Shown one piece after another: positions 26,423 to 36,463 of a stretch of 64,000 nucleotides of DNA. Under the pieces are notes generated by a model. The model was not told the DNA's origin, did no database searches, and was given only the letters and a program-made list of their open reading frames with translations. The stretch is taken from positions 102,996-166,995 of the forward strand of contig JACQYK010000085.1 of NCBI GenBank assembly GCA_016208255.1. Reading direction: 5' to 3'. Every line of letters begins with the position of its first letter. Positions within the stretch are counted from its first letter, which is position 1. Both the position numbers and the translations under genes were made by a program. Origin of the DNA: Deltaproteobacteria bacterium (GTDB lineage: Bacteria > Desulfobacterota > RBG-13-43-22).

Positions 26423-28104
26423 ATTGGGTTCGAGGATTCCAGGGCGGGTTTGGAGGTCTGTTTGCGGCCATTAAAGCCAAACAGAATGGGGTCGAGGACG
26501 TTATTATAGTGGATAAAGGAGCCGTGGCCTTGACCGGCCAATCCAGGTTAGCAGCCGGTGCAACGATTTACCTCTATCCCGGAGATGATATTCAAGAATG
26601 GACGAAAGCCATCTTTCTTGGTCAAAAGGGTCTTTGTAAACAGGACATGGTGGAATCCTATCTTGGCCAGTCTTTTGAGCGATTAAGAGAACTCGAAGCG
26701 ATGGGTATTGTCTTTAGAAAAGATCCCCGGACAAATGATTATTTCCGTTTGCCGTCACGAGGTCTCGTGCCTGTGCAAATGACCATTGGAGCGAGCTTTA
26801 AGAATATGATTGGAGGAACAGCTTTAACCAGTGTCCTCTTTAATAAAGTGAGCAGCCTAGGCGTACATTTTTATAATAAAATATTTATTAGTGACCTGAT
26901 CGTAAAGGGGAATCAGGTCCAGGGTGCTGTCGGTTGTCATAGGAGGACAGGGGAATTCTTCATCTTCAAATCACGTGCGGTGGTCATGGCTGCTTGCGAC
27001 TGCAGCTTTCGGGGTAACTATTGTTGTGTAGAGTCCACTACGGGCGATGCCTTTGCCATGGCCTACCGGGCAGGTGCGGATCTAGAGAATATGGAAATGA
27101 TGGTGACTAATACAGCTCCCCTTCACTTCAATTTTGAAGGAACAGGTCCAACCGGGCAAGCCGGTGCAAAATTCCTAAACGCCCGGGATGAAAATTTTAT
27201 GCCCCAATATCATCCTGCCGGGAGTAGTGCCGAGATAAATCATATTGTTCAAGCCATGGCCTGGGAACATAAAAAAGGCAACGGACCTCCTTTCTATTTT
27301 GATTTCAGGCCAATTCCAGAAAATATGGAAGAAGCCTTCATCAGTTTTTTTGGCGGTTGGATGCCTAGAAACCTGGTCAGACTGAAAGAAAAGGGCCTGC
27401 GGGTTTTCCGATCAAAAGTGGATTGGGCTCCCGCCCTACAAACACTCAGGGGGGGGATTAAAACTGACATTCATTGCATGACCAGTGTGGAAGGGTTATT
27501 TGCCGGGGGAACGGCCCAGTCCATGGGGCCGGGACTCTTTAACGGTTGGTCATCGGGAAAATCCATCTGGTCTGGAGCAACCGCCGGTAGATCGGCCGCA
27601 GAATACCTGAGAAACAGAGAATCCCCCCCGCTGGATTCGGATCATATCTTGGATCTTAAAAGTGACCTTTTTAATAGGGAGATTCCTTCTGAAAAAGGTG
27701 ATATATCGATGTATGAAATGACTCGGAAGCTTCAACGTTGCATGTTTGCCTATGATGTTTCCATCCTTAAAAATGAAAGCAGTCTGAAAAGGGCGGTCAA
27801 GGAAGTAGCGGTTATCAAGGAAATTGATCTGACACGTACGCTATTGCGAGATTTTCATGACTTTATCTCCTTTAAAGAGACGGAAAACATGATTCTTGTT
27901 ACGGATCTATTTCTAAAGTCTTCTTTCCTCAGAAAAGAATCGAGAAGTGATCATATGAGAGAAGATTTTCCCAAGGCGGAAAAAAATTGGCTCAAATGGA
28001 TCGTTTTTAACAAAAATTTGAAAGAGGGCTCCCGATTTGAGAATCTTCCCTGGGATCAATACAGGTTCAAACCCGAAGATCTGGATAGGGGGGCTCCCAA
28101 ATGA
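26308..28104 (+). CDS. FAD-dependent oxidoreductase (fumarate reductase/succinate dehydrogenase/AprA-like flavoprotein); start unresolved
   Basis: ..GGFGGLFAAIKAKQNGVEDVIIVDKG.. dinucleotide fold and ..VEGLFAGGTA... No canonical start codon lies between the upstream stop (26420-26422) and the FAD motif. Confidence 0.65.
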   Translation: MALGQEFFRGTSCGCSPVRPNHKPYLDRPGIEEEDGILNWVRGFQGGFGGLFAAIKAKQNGVEDVIIVDKGAVALTGQSRLAAGATIYLYPGDDIQEWTKAIFLGQKGLCKQDMVESYLGQSFERLRELEAMGIVFRKDPRTNDYFRLPSRGLVPVQMTIGASFKNMIGGTALTSVLFNKVSSLGVHFYNKIFISDLIVKGNQVQGAVGCHRRTGEFFIFKSRAVVMAACDCSFRGNYCCVESTTGDAFAMAYRAGADLENMEMMVTNTAPLHFNFEGTGPTGQAGAKFLNARDENFMPQYHPAGSSAEINHIVQAMAWEHKKGNGPPFYFDFRPIPENMEEAFISFFGGWMPRNLVRLKEKGLRVFRSKVDWAPALQTLRGGIKTDIHCMTSVEGLFAGGTAQSMGPGLFNGWSSGKSIWSGATAGRSAAEYLRNRESPPLDSDHILDLKSDLFNREIPSEKGDISMYEMTRKLQRCMFAYDVSILKNESSLKRAVKEVAVIKEIDLTRTLLRDFHDFISFKETENMILVTDLFLKSSFLRKESRSDHMREDFPKAEKNWLKWIVFNKNLKEGSRFENLPWDQYRFKPEDLDRGAPK

Positions 28105-28313
28105 TTGAATCGATCAACGAAGAATTGTGTACGGGCTGCGGAAGCTGTGATCTTTGTTGTCCAATGGATGTCATTTATCTCAACGAGGAAAAGGAAAAGG
28201 CTGAGATAAGATATCTTGAAGAATGCATGACCTGTTTCAACTGTGAGTTGGAATGCCCAACTGAGGCTATCTATGTTGATCCCATAAAAGCGGAAAAACT
28301 TCAACCTTGGTAA
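28101..28313 (+). CDS. 2x[4Fe-4S] ferredoxin (partner of the flavoprotein)
   Basis: 70 aa, CTGCGSCDLCCP and CMTCFNCELECP. ATGA overlap with the upstream stop. Confidence 0.8.
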   Translation: MIESINEELCTGCGSCDLCCPMDVIYLNEEKEKAEIRYLEECMTCFNCELECPTEAIYVDPIKAEKLQPW

Positions 28314-28371
28314 AATAGGTCTTAAATTTTGTTGCCCTTTTCGGGGGGGGCTTGAAGATTGAAATCAGATT

Positions 28372-29148
28372 TTATTGATCGGGGGCGATGATATGGGCCC
28401 AGATATTGCCACTAGCCTCATAGGACGGAGAATCACCAGGCAGTTCCAGGAGCGGTCTTCCCTCCAGGTCAAATTGAGTGAGGCGGGGATCCTCAGGGAC
28501 GAAACCGAAGAGATCCAGGCCTGTTTTCAAGATATGGGGCTGAAGTTGTTTTTCCTGGCCGTGGATACGGTTTAAGACCAGCCCCAATTTTTGATATTTA
28601 AATATTTCTTTATGGGAGGTGATGACCTCTTTGATGAGGGCCGCGGTTTGCAGTCCCCGGTTGGAAATATCGGAGACGATCACCACCGTATCGACGTTCT
28701 GCATGACCTGTCGATTGATCTGCTCCACCCCGGCTTCCCCGTCGATGATAACCACATCATAATTTTCCGCCAGCATTTCGATCCCGCTTCTTAAGAAATC
28801 ATTGACCGGACAATAACAGCCCAGGGATTCCGGCCGGCCCATGACCAGAAAGCTGAAACGGTCGGCTTCGATCAAGGCTTCGAAGAGCAGGTAGTCCAGG
28901 GAGCGGGCCAGATTGTTTTTTTCTGCTTTTCCCGCCGTTCGTGCTTCCCGGATGATTTGTTCCCGAATCGTATTGACGGTTTTCCCGGGGAACAGGCCCA
29001 ACACCGAAGATAAATTCATGGTCGGATCGGCGTCAATGATCAATAACCGGTGTTTTTTATTTTCCAAAAGATATTTGGTCAGCAGGGCCACCAGGGCGGT
29101 CTTTCCACTCCCGCCTTTTCCGCAAACCGCTATCAGTTTTTTCTCCAT
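28372..29148 (-). CDS. CooC/AcsF-like P-loop ATPase (MinD/ParA superfamily, metallocentre maturation type)
   Basis: IAVCGKGGSGKTALVALL deviant Walker A, ..LLIIDADP.., ..CYCP... ATG at 29148, 13 nt after the upstream stop. Confidence 0.75.
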   Translation of the reverse strand: MEKKLIAVCGKGGSGKTALVALLTKYLLENKKHRLLIIDADPTMNLSSVLGLFPGKTVNTIREQIIREARTAGKAEKNNLARSLDYLLFEALIEADRFSFLVMGRPESLGCYCPVNDFLRSGIEMLAENYDVVIIDGEAGVEQINRQVMQNVDTVVIVSDISNRGLQTAALIKEVITSHKEIFKYQKLGLVLNRIHGQEKQLQPHILKTGLDLFGFVPEDPRLTQFDLEGRPLLELPGDSPSYEASGNIWAHIIAPDQ

Positions 29149-29161
29149 GGTTCTTTTCCTT

Positions 29162-29998
29162 TTATTCTGGGGCGCTTCCGGGATTTTCTTCCTCTCGGAC
29201 AGCAACCAACCGGTCACCTTTCCGGATCCGGATCACATCCCGGATGGTATCACAGACGACCTGTTCGGAGCAGGCGCTGCAATTGATCTCCCGGGTGCAT
29301 TCCAATTCCCCATCGGAACCGACGGCATAGGTCTCAAGCTTTCTTTGTTTGACCCGGGCCTTTTCAATCAGTTCGTCCAATTGCTCGACCTCAATTTTCG
29401 AGCTGGTGACAAAGAAAATCTCACAGGCCGCTACCGGGTGGCATTGTTGTTTTATGGCGGCGATCAATCTTTCTCCCAGCCCTTTCAGCGAAAACCCGGA
29501 GAGGCAAGCTTCTTTGCTGACTCTGGCCCATATCAGATTCGGGACGCTTCGGATCATGTAACCGTTGGTTTGGGCGCAGCGGTGAGCTATACGATCCATG
29601 GTTGAAGCCGTATTTTCAATTTCAGAAGTGGCCTGGGAGGCGGCCTCAATCTTATTTTTACTTTTCAGTGCAGCGATGAGGATCTGGGCAAAGGGCAACA
29701 TGGCTTCCCGGGTCTCAAAGATTTCAGGACCGACCAGAGTGATGCATCCATCCGACACCAAATCCAACCGATGGGTAGCCAAGGTGGCAGCGCTCGAACC
29801 CAGGGAAGGATGCCCCAGTTCCACCAGGGTGTCTTCCTTCAGGACAATTCGCCCATTTCCTCCATCAGCAGGAAGACTATTTGCTGAAAAGGAGTGGCTG
29901 ATTAAAGGCGAAACGAAATAAGAACGGGACTGACCGGAAATCCTTTTAGCCTCGAACCAGTCTCTTATTTCTATGATGGTGTCATCGAACAGGTCCAT
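29162..29998 (-). CDS. Hypothetical protein with C-terminal Cys cluster, operonic with the CooC-like ATPase
   Basis: 278 aa. C-x6-C-x2-C-x5-C (ECTREINCSACSEQVVCD). Family not recognised. Confidence 0.5.
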   Translation of the reverse strand: MDLFDDTIIEIRDWFEAKRISGQSRSYFVSPLISHSFSANSLPADGGNGRIVLKEDTLVELGHPSLGSSAATLATHRLDLVSDGCITLVGPEIFETREAMLPFAQILIAALKSKNKIEAASQATSEIENTASTMDRIAHRCAQTNGYMIRSVPNLIWARVSKEACLSGFSLKGLGERLIAAIKQQCHPVAACEIFFVTSSKIEVEQLDELIEKARVKQRKLETYAVGSDGELECTREINCSACSEQVVCDTIRDVIRIRKGDRLVAVREEENPGSAPE

Positions 29999-30120
29999 TT
30001 GATCTCATCATCTTTAAATAACCCCTGGGGGATAATCCAGGAATAACCTCCACAACCAGGGGGTAGTGGTTTTTACCGTACTCTGATCTTAGCCATAAAA
30101 TTCTGACCGGATCCCTTGGG

Positions 30121-31200
30121 TTACTTGAAGGCGGTAAAGTCCACGCCACGGGCCTGAGCCCGCTTTTCGTACCAGTCCATCTCGTCTTTGGCCGGAGGAT
30201 GAAGCTCTTCCGGACTCTTATGAATCAGTCTGGCAGCCTCGGTAGGACAAGCCGTTACGCATAACCCGCAGCCGATACACCTGGTTTTGATAACGCGATA
30301 GGAGCCGTCCACCTCCTCAATGGCCTTGACCTGGCAGCGTTCTTCAGCACAAAGGCCGCAGGCGCTGCAAAGGTCCGGATCGATTTCAGCGTAATAATGG
30401 GAATTAACTGTGCCCTCCAGGCCCATGGCTATGGCCCCCAGTTGTCCGTCGCAGCACCCGCAGCAATTGCAGATATACCAATGACCTTCCTTTACATTGC
30501 CGGTCATGTGGACCAGGGCGGCTTCCTCAGCTTCCTGCAGGAGGGCGTAAGCCGCTTCTTTAGAAATAATCCTGAGGCCATGGGGAGAATCGACAAAATC
30601 ACCGGCCTCGCTGCTGATAGACATGCATATTTCCAAAGGTTTGTCACACCCCTGATTCAACAGCCGGCTCTGCTTCCGGCAGATACAGTCGGCCACGCCG
30701 AAGGACTTTCCCTTTTCAATAATGCTGGAGACCTTTTCATAAGGGAGGGCCTCAAAGTTGGTGGGGATTATTTTTTCAACAGGCAAAACCTGCATTATTT
30801 GAGGCATGGTGGTAACCAGCTGTGGTCCCAGAAAAGGACCATACGCCTGACACAATTCCGCAAATTCCTTATCCATTCGTTTTTGTTGGAATTCGTAGAT
30901 CCCGATGATCCAGGGTACCATCTTGAAGCTTCTGGCGCCTCCTGAAACCTGGCTCTCAATCTGTCCCTTCTGCCACATGGTGACCAGTTTGTCGGCTAAC
31001 CCCCGCAATGGAAGTCCGGTGCGCTCGGCGATCTGTTTCGGGGTTTCATAACTCAACTTCAGACGGCAGAAGAGTTCGGCCTCGGAGGGGTCAAAGACCT
31101 TTTTTAAAAGTTGGATTTCGACACCGCTCTCGGTGGATGGAAATCCATTGGGTAAGGTGTCAAGAACTTTGGCCAATTTCTGATAGATCTCATCGCTCAT
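30121..31200 (-). CDS. Cys-rich iron-sulfur protein with C-terminal 2x[4Fe-4S] ferredoxin domain
   Basis: CNCCGCCDG cluster plus CSACGLCAEERC and CIGCGLCVTACP motifs. N-terminal ~230 aa unassigned. Confidence 0.65.
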   Translation of the reverse strand: MSDEIYQKLAKVLDTLPNGFPSTESGVEIQLLKKVFDPSEAELFCRLKLSYETPKQIAERTGLPLRGLADKLVTMWQKGQIESQVSGGARSFKMVPWIIGIYEFQQKRMDKEFAELCQAYGPFLGPQLVTTMPQIMQVLPVEKIIPTNFEALPYEKVSSIIEKGKSFGVADCICRKQSRLLNQGCDKPLEICMSISSEAGDFVDSPHGLRIISKEAAYALLQEAEEAALVHMTGNVKEGHWYICNCCGCCDGQLGAIAMGLEGTVNSHYYAEIDPDLCSACGLCAEERCQVKAIEEVDGSYRVIKTRCIGCGLCVTACPTEAARLIHKSPEELHPPAKDEMDWYEKRAQARGVDFTAFK

Positions 31201-31281
31201 CGGTATTTCCTTTCTGTTTCTCGGATATTATTTTTTCAACTAAAGCGAATACTGTTACATTATCTGGGTTGAAAATTATCT

Positions 31282-32502
31282 TTAGGCCCCGATTTTATAG
31301 GGATAATAGCGCCGGACCACGTCGAACTGGGCCAGTTGATGCCCCCCCAGCCAAAGTTGGATCTCTTTGACGTCCCGCCAGTATTTTTCCACATGATAGT
31401 CTCGGATATATCCATAAGAACCCATCAGTTCCATGAGCCGGCCGATGATGGTGTTGGCCATCTGGCAGGCTTGGTTCTTGGCCGCACTGGCATGGCTGAT
31501 CATGGCCGGGGAATGGACTTCTCCAAATTTGTCGGGGTGACTCAACATATAGGCCACCTGGAGATAATAGGCCCGAGCCGTCTCAATCCCGGTGATGGCA
31601 TCGGCCAGGATGCCGGCGGCAATGGAGTGCTCACGAATGGGTTTGCCCCCGACTTCCCGTTCCCCGGTATAGCGCAGGCATTCTTCGAAGGCCCCCCGGG
31701 CGCAGCCCACGGCCGCGGCGGCGCTGACCACCCTTCCAAGGGATACATTACGTTTGAGGATGACCGCATCCTCCCCGGGTCCGGAGGCCCGGTATGATAA
31801 AGGCACCCGCACGTCGTCGAAAAAGATATCGCAATTGCGGTCCGACTGCAGCCCGGCCTTGACTTCAAATTTACCGAAACTGAGGCCTTTGGCATTATCG
31901 GGCACATAAATCAGAGCAATGCCCTCTTCTCCCTTTTCCTGAGCTGTTTGGCAGACCACGCAATAGAAAGAAGAAATACCGGCATTGCTCGGAAATCGTT
32001 TGGCCCCATTGACCACCCAGCTGTCTCCATCTTGAACGGCGCGGGTTTTAATGGTCTTTCCATGCATCTCTGGCAGATTTTCTACGTCGCATCCGCTGGC
32101 CGGTTCGGTCATGGCAAAGCAGGCAAAGGTCGGCTGTTTCTCCTGCTGCCGCTTTTTATAGGCTTCGATGACTTCCCGGTTTCGGCCGTATACGGCGCCG
32201 GCCATAGCCCAGCTGTTAATGCCGGCCACCAGCCCTATCCCCGCATCCCCCCGGGCAAATTCTTCGATAACGGCGCAGGCCATGGGGAGGGACGGACCTT
32301 CGGAATCCGATCCTTCTTCGGGCATATTTACATTAAAGACCCCCAGGGCGGACATCTTGATCAGCAAATCGTTGATGAGCTTGTGTTCGGTATCGGCATC
32401 GAACTGGTCTCTAAGGGGCATGATCTCGGTTTCCACAAATTTGCGGACCACGTCAACGACCATGGCTCCGCCTTCGTCTACGAATAAGGGAAAATATTTC
32501 AT
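31282..32502 (-). CDS. Acyl-CoA dehydrogenase
   Basis: 406 aa. ..CFAMTEPASGCDV.., ..GAKRFPSNA.., ..GSYGYIRDYHVEKYWRD... SD AAGGAGG upstream of the ATG at 32502. Confidence 0.85.
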   Translation of the reverse strand: MKYFPLFVDEGGAMVVDVVRKFVETEIMPLRDQFDADTEHKLINDLLIKMSALGVFNVNMPEEGSDSEGPSLPMACAVIEEFARGDAGIGLVAGINSWAMAGAVYGRNREVIEAYKKRQQEKQPTFACFAMTEPASGCDVENLPEMHGKTIKTRAVQDGDSWVVNGAKRFPSNAGISSFYCVVCQTAQEKGEEGIALIYVPDNAKGLSFGKFEVKAGLQSDRNCDIFFDDVRVPLSYRASGPGEDAVILKRNVSLGRVVSAAAAVGCARGAFEECLRYTGEREVGGKPIREHSIAAGILADAITGIETARAYYLQVAYMLSHPDKFGEVHSPAMISHASAAKNQACQMANTIIGRLMELMGSYGYIRDYHVEKYWRDVKEIQLWLGGHQLAQFDVVRRYYPYKIGA

Positions 32503-32562
32503 GACTGACAGCCTCCTTTTCTTCTAGAATTTTTTTTCTTGGCAAGGGTCTCATGAGATGGA

Positions 32563-32868
32563 CTCGAAAAAGTCGGCGGAAGCCCGAATTCGTCATTCCA
32601 TACGGTCGGCCTGTCGGCTCCTGAAGGGAGCCTCTTCGAAAGCTCGGCGTTCGGCTTCCAACTGAAAGCCTCTTCAAAAGCTCGACTAAGTCGAGCGGCC
32701 CGACCGGCCCGACCTTCAAAAGAGACTTCCTGTCCGACTCCCTCCGGGAGTCTCCCTAAAAGCTCGACAAAGTCGAGCGGCAGGAAGTCGAGAGAAAGCC
32801 GGAATCAAGGAATTTTAATCGCGTATAGATTCCCTGGACCCCGGCCTTCGCCGGGGTGACGACTTTTA
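32563..32868. repeat. Palindromic intergenic repeat family, copy R3 with ~230-bp internal repeat-rich insertion
   Basis: The left arm (ctcgaaaaagtcggcggaagcccgaattcgtcattcc) and right arm (ccccggccttcgccggggtgacgacttttaaaa) match the R1 arms. The interior holds reiterated ..aaaagctcgac(t/a)aagtcgagcgg.. hairpins. Confidence 0.7.
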
Positions 32869-32975
32869 AAAATCCATCCCAAGATAATATTTCCCAAATA
32901 AGTCCGAGCCGATCCTGTTCAATAAGCATCAGTATCATGCCAGAACTTTCATGATAATCTTGATAAACCGTCGGC

Positions 32976-34097
32976 CTAAAGCATCTCTAAAAAAGCCTGA
33001 AGGCGGGTGCTTAGCTGCCCGGATTTGGTGGTATTGTACTCCCGTTCAAAATCGATTACCGGGACACTTTGGTCTTGACGCAATCGATCCGCCAGCAACT
33101 TCCTTCCCCCGGCAAAGTGATCGCAGAATTTTAAGCGGGCATAAACGATACCCTGCACCTTAGACCCATCAATAAGGGTTTTTAAAATATCATGACTCAA
33201 CTCCAAACCGTCTATCATGGCCGGGCAGGGAAAACGGCTAAGATATCGATCGGCAATGGCTTCCAGAGGGTCTTCGGACCTCTCATCTATGAGGCCCCTA
33301 TAATGGCGCTGTCCGAAACACAAGCCGTCGGCGACGACCGTTGCGCCCCGGCTTTCAATAAAATCAATAAAATCAGGAGAATCACAAGCCCCTCCGATAA
33401 CCAGCAACCGTGGAAGATGATGCTTTGGCAAATCTCTTTTTTCCAACTCCGGTAGAAGCGCTTCCAGTTTTTGGTTAAATATTTCCCGGGGAATAGACAT
33501 CCCGGTCAGGGCAATATTCATATATTCCGAACCGGTCAAAAGGGGCGGATCTTTTTTTCTAAGGTCATTTAGCCGGTTCATGAGTAGGCGCGTATGGTTA
33601 TAAACAGTTATGGTTTCTCTTAATTGATCTTTGGAAATCGAAGTTCCGAAAACCTCTTCAATATGCCGATCCAATTTTTTCATTTCCTGCAGCAGCCACT
33701 CTTTTCCACCCGGACCCAGGGTATGATGTATCCGGAAATAGTGAAAAAACTTAAGGGTGGATTTATCTTCGATTTCGCTGACCAGACGGAAATGATGGTC
33801 ACAGGTATTGGCGGTCACCAACCCGTCTAAAAAATCCAATTGCCCGGTCAGGAGAGCCTCCAGGACCGACCGGGAATAGGAACAATTGATCCGGTGCAGA
33901 TGGGCATCGGCATTTTTTGTATTTTGCAGACCCGGCACGCGAACCCTCATGGGCAGCAGGCCGGCGGCGTGGATAATCTCTTCCGGGATACTGGAGCATA
34001 GGAGACCGATGATGGAGCCACCGTTATTTTTCCAGGAAAGGACCTCGGTATTGGATAAGGATTGAGCCATAGTTTTAAAATATTTCAGATTTTCCAT
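32976..34097 (-). CDS. 2-hydroxyacyl-CoA dehydratase / benzoyl-CoA reductase BcrC-HgdB family subunit
   Basis: Collinear with the 38677-39804 product (..CSSIPEEIIHAAGLLP.R.., ..NTCDH.., ..CFGQRHY.., ..KFCD..). The ATG at 34097 was chosen over the track start at 34217. Confidence 0.75.
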   Translation of the reverse strand: MENLKYFKTMAQSLSNTEVLSWKNNGGSIIGLLCSSIPEEIIHAAGLLPMRVRVPGLQNTKNADAHLHRINCSYSRSVLEALLTGQLDFLDGLVTANTCDHHFRLVSEIEDKSTLKFFHYFRIHHTLGPGGKEWLLQEMKKLDRHIEEVFGTSISKDQLRETITVYNHTRLLMNRLNDLRKKDPPLLTGSEYMNIALTGMSIPREIFNQKLEALLPELEKRDLPKHHLPRLLVIGGACDSPDFIDFIESRGATVVADGLCFGQRHYRGLIDERSEDPLEAIADRYLSRFPCPAMIDGLELSHDILKTLIDGSKVQGIVYARLKFCDHFAGGRKLLADRLRQDQSVPVIDFEREYNTTKSGQLSTRLQAFLEML

Positions 34098-34273
34098 AAA
34101 TTCCCCTTCAAACTTAAATGATGACCTCGTAAAAAGTGAAAAAAGACTTTTTACGAAGCGGGAAAGGGCTTCCCCTCTCCCGCCGCTTGAAGTGAATTCA
34201 AGCGGTTCCACCCTCACCCCAGGCCGGGACTTAATCGTCCACGGCCTGCTGATGGACTATTTACAAGTCCATC

Positions 34274-35545
34274 CTATATCGTCGAAAAAAATTCTTCGAT
34301 CTGATTCTTAAGCGTATCACTGGATACGATCCGGTCATCATTATAATCCATCTCTAAAAAAAGGGCCGGGATGCCCTCTCGCTGAAAATAGCGACGCATA
34401 ATCCCCCCGGCCCCGCAAATGCTGTTGCACCCGACGTGTTGGGTCATGATAACCGAATCACAACGGTACTGATGATACAGCTTCATGGTGTATTCGAGAA
34501 TTTTCCGGGAATCAAAGCGCATGAGAGACATGGTCATATCCAGACCCTGCCAGGCATACCCCTCGAACATCGTTTCGACACTGGTGGTATCGATGGGACG
34601 AAGGATGGCTGATCCCGACAGCATATGCATGACCATAGACACTTTAAGCTCCTTTTCCATCCAGTCGAAGAATAGCGGGTCGAAGGTCGGGGGAACATGT
34701 CCCCAGATCACCCGGTGTTTTTCTTCGATCGGATTGGGGATACCCTCCTTCAACCGCCGCATGACCTCCGCGTGAAAGGTTTGGATACTCTTGGTGGCCC
34801 TGGGATGTCCGGCCGCGGCCAGAAACATCTCCCAGGGAAAACCTCGCAAAGTCGCAGGGACCGGCATGGGTGTTGTTGTGTAGGTATCGTAAACATCCAG
34901 CATAAGTTCGTAAGCCCGGTTGGATTCTTCAATGATTTCCCGGAAGCGGTCACCATCGAATTTTTTCCCGGTTACCTCCTCCAAAAATGGGATCAGTTCC
35001 TTCCGGATTTGCTGTCCATACCAGCGGGCCGATTCCCTCTCATAGGTGCTGGGAAGTTCCAGAAAGAGGGTGGGGACTTCCAGCGCTTTTTGCATGATGG
35101 GATAGGCGATACGGGTCCCGTCACACGGCCCGGAGCAGGTGACGAAAAAAGCATTCTTCGGGAATTCTCCGCTGAGGGCGGCTCCCACTAGAAAACGATC
35201 GGTGGAACAAACGTCGGAGGGCAGCCCGGATGATTCGGCGGCATCGAGAAATTCATGAACAACCTGTTTCTGGGTGGCCGTAAACCGCATCGGAAAGGTT
35301 TCCATACAAAGGGGAAGGCAGTCAAAGACGTAAAACAATTGGGGCGTTAAGCCGAATTCAAAAAGGGCTACCCTTTTCTCCGGATTGGACGCTGCCTCAG
35401 TGAGATCCTCCAGACGTTCAACCAGACTTTCCACCCTCAGGGCCTGGAGTTTCATATCTTCATCATCCAGGACACGCAGAAATTCGAGGGCCGGTTTGGC
35501 ATACTCGTTGATCATTCGGGTTGTTTTTTCGAATGGGTTTTTCAT
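34274..35545 (-). CDS. 2-hydroxyacyl-CoA dehydratase / benzoyl-CoA reductase BcrB-HgdA family subunit
   Basis: 423 aa, collinear with the 37292-38680 product. Conserved Cys positions (..CSTDRF.., ..GPCDG.., ..HVGCNS..). Confidence 0.75.
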   Translation of the reverse strand: MKNPFEKTTRMINEYAKPALEFLRVLDDEDMKLQALRVESLVERLEDLTEAASNPEKRVALFEFGLTPQLFYVFDCLPLCMETFPMRFTATQKQVVHEFLDAAESSGLPSDVCSTDRFLVGAALSGEFPKNAFFVTCSGPCDGTRIAYPIMQKALEVPTLFLELPSTYERESARWYGQQIRKELIPFLEEVTGKKFDGDRFREIIEESNRAYELMLDVYDTYTTTPMPVPATLRGFPWEMFLAAAGHPRATKSIQTFHAEVMRRLKEGIPNPIEEKHRVIWGHVPPTFDPLFFDWMEKELKVSMVMHMLSGSAILRPIDTTSVETMFEGYAWQGLDMTMSLMRFDSRKILEYTMKLYHQYRCDSVIMTQHVGCNSICGAGGIMRRYFQREGIPALFLEMDYNDDRIVSSDTLKNQIEEFFSTI

Positions 35546-35683
35546 AAATTTCTCTCTTCCCTTTAACCGGTGTGGATGGCGAAGTGATTAAGAGGTCCAT
35601 AATCATATAATAATATTTACTAAATCGCCAAGCGGAGACTTAAGGTCTCGAAACGCTGCATTCTCAGGGGCCATAAGACCTAT

Positions 35684-36463
35684 CTATCCGGCATGCCTTT
35701 CTTCGGCCACCAGGGCTGCCCCATAGGCGGCTACCGCCCTGGGATCCAGGTTGTATTCGGCAAAAGAAATTCCCAGTTCCTTCTCAATATCGCGAACGAC
35801 AATGGGATTCTTGGCCAACCCCCCGACAATGACTATCGGCTGGTCCAGGCTGATTCGTCGAGCCACGGCGGCCACTTTGCCGGCCACCGACAAGGAAATT
35901 CCGGCAAAGATATCCAGCCGGTCTTTCCCCTCGTTGACATGGGTAATGACTTCACTCTCAGCAAAGACACCGCATTGACTGGTAATCGGCAGGGCCTGAC
36001 CGGATTCCAGTGCCGCGGCGCTCAGTTCTTCAATCGGCATTTCCAGGGCCTGGGCCATGACTTCCATAAACTTGCCGGTCCCGGCGGCGCATTTTTCATT
36101 GGTCGCCGAAGAGGTGACCTTGCCCGAGCTATCCATATTAAAAGCCCTGATAGTACTGCCGCCGGCATCGATAACCGTTCTAATTTCCGGATTGAGTTTA
36201 TGGACGGCCCGGCTAAGGCAAATAAACTCCGGGATGTCTTTATCGGCAAAAGAAACCGCTTTTTTCCCAAAACCAGTGGATAAGCAGTAGGCGATGGGGT
36301 CTTTTGTTAACCCGGCTTCTTTTTTAGCCATTTCCATGACCTGGATGGCCGCCTGTTTGGGAAGGTTTTTATAAGGAAGAATTTCAACGGCCAGGATGTT
36401 GCCGTTTTCAATAATAACCGCCTTGGCGGATATGGTTCCTAAATCACAACCGGCATAAATCAA
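35684..36463 (-). CDS. BcrAD/BadFG-family ATPase (activase / reductase ATP-binding subunit)
   Basis: AGCDLGTISAKAV, IDAGGST, NEKCAAGTGKF, SQCGVFAESEV. These are the hallmark acetate/sugar-kinase-fold motifs with cluster-bridging Cys. Confidence 0.85.
   Translation of the reverse strand: MIYAGCDLGTISAKAVIIENGNILAVEILPYKNLPKQAAIQVMEMAKKEAGLTKDPIAYCLSTGFGKKAVSFADKDIPEFICLSRAVHKLNPEIRTVIDAGGSTIRAFNMDSSGKVTSSATNEKCAAGTGKFMEVMAQALEMPIEELSAAALESGQALPITSQCGVFAESEVITHVNEGKDRLDIFAGISLSVAGKVAAVARRISLDQPIVIVGGLAKNPIVVRDIEKELGISFAEYNLDPRAVAAYGAALVAEERHAG

Noticed and set aside
28314-28371. Possible bidirectional terminator between the ferredoxin and CooC-like genes (gccc-ttttc-gggg)
   Set aside because: The stem is only 4-5 bp and irregular, which is not enough to annotate.
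32453-32938. ORFs 32453-32719 and 32756-32938 (and 42417-42761, 3377-3559) with peptides such as ..TPAKAGVQG.. and ..FHGNDKKG..
   Set aside because: They lie entirely within, or are driven by, the palindromic repeat family. They have no SD or start context, and the sequence conservation is explained at the DNA level.
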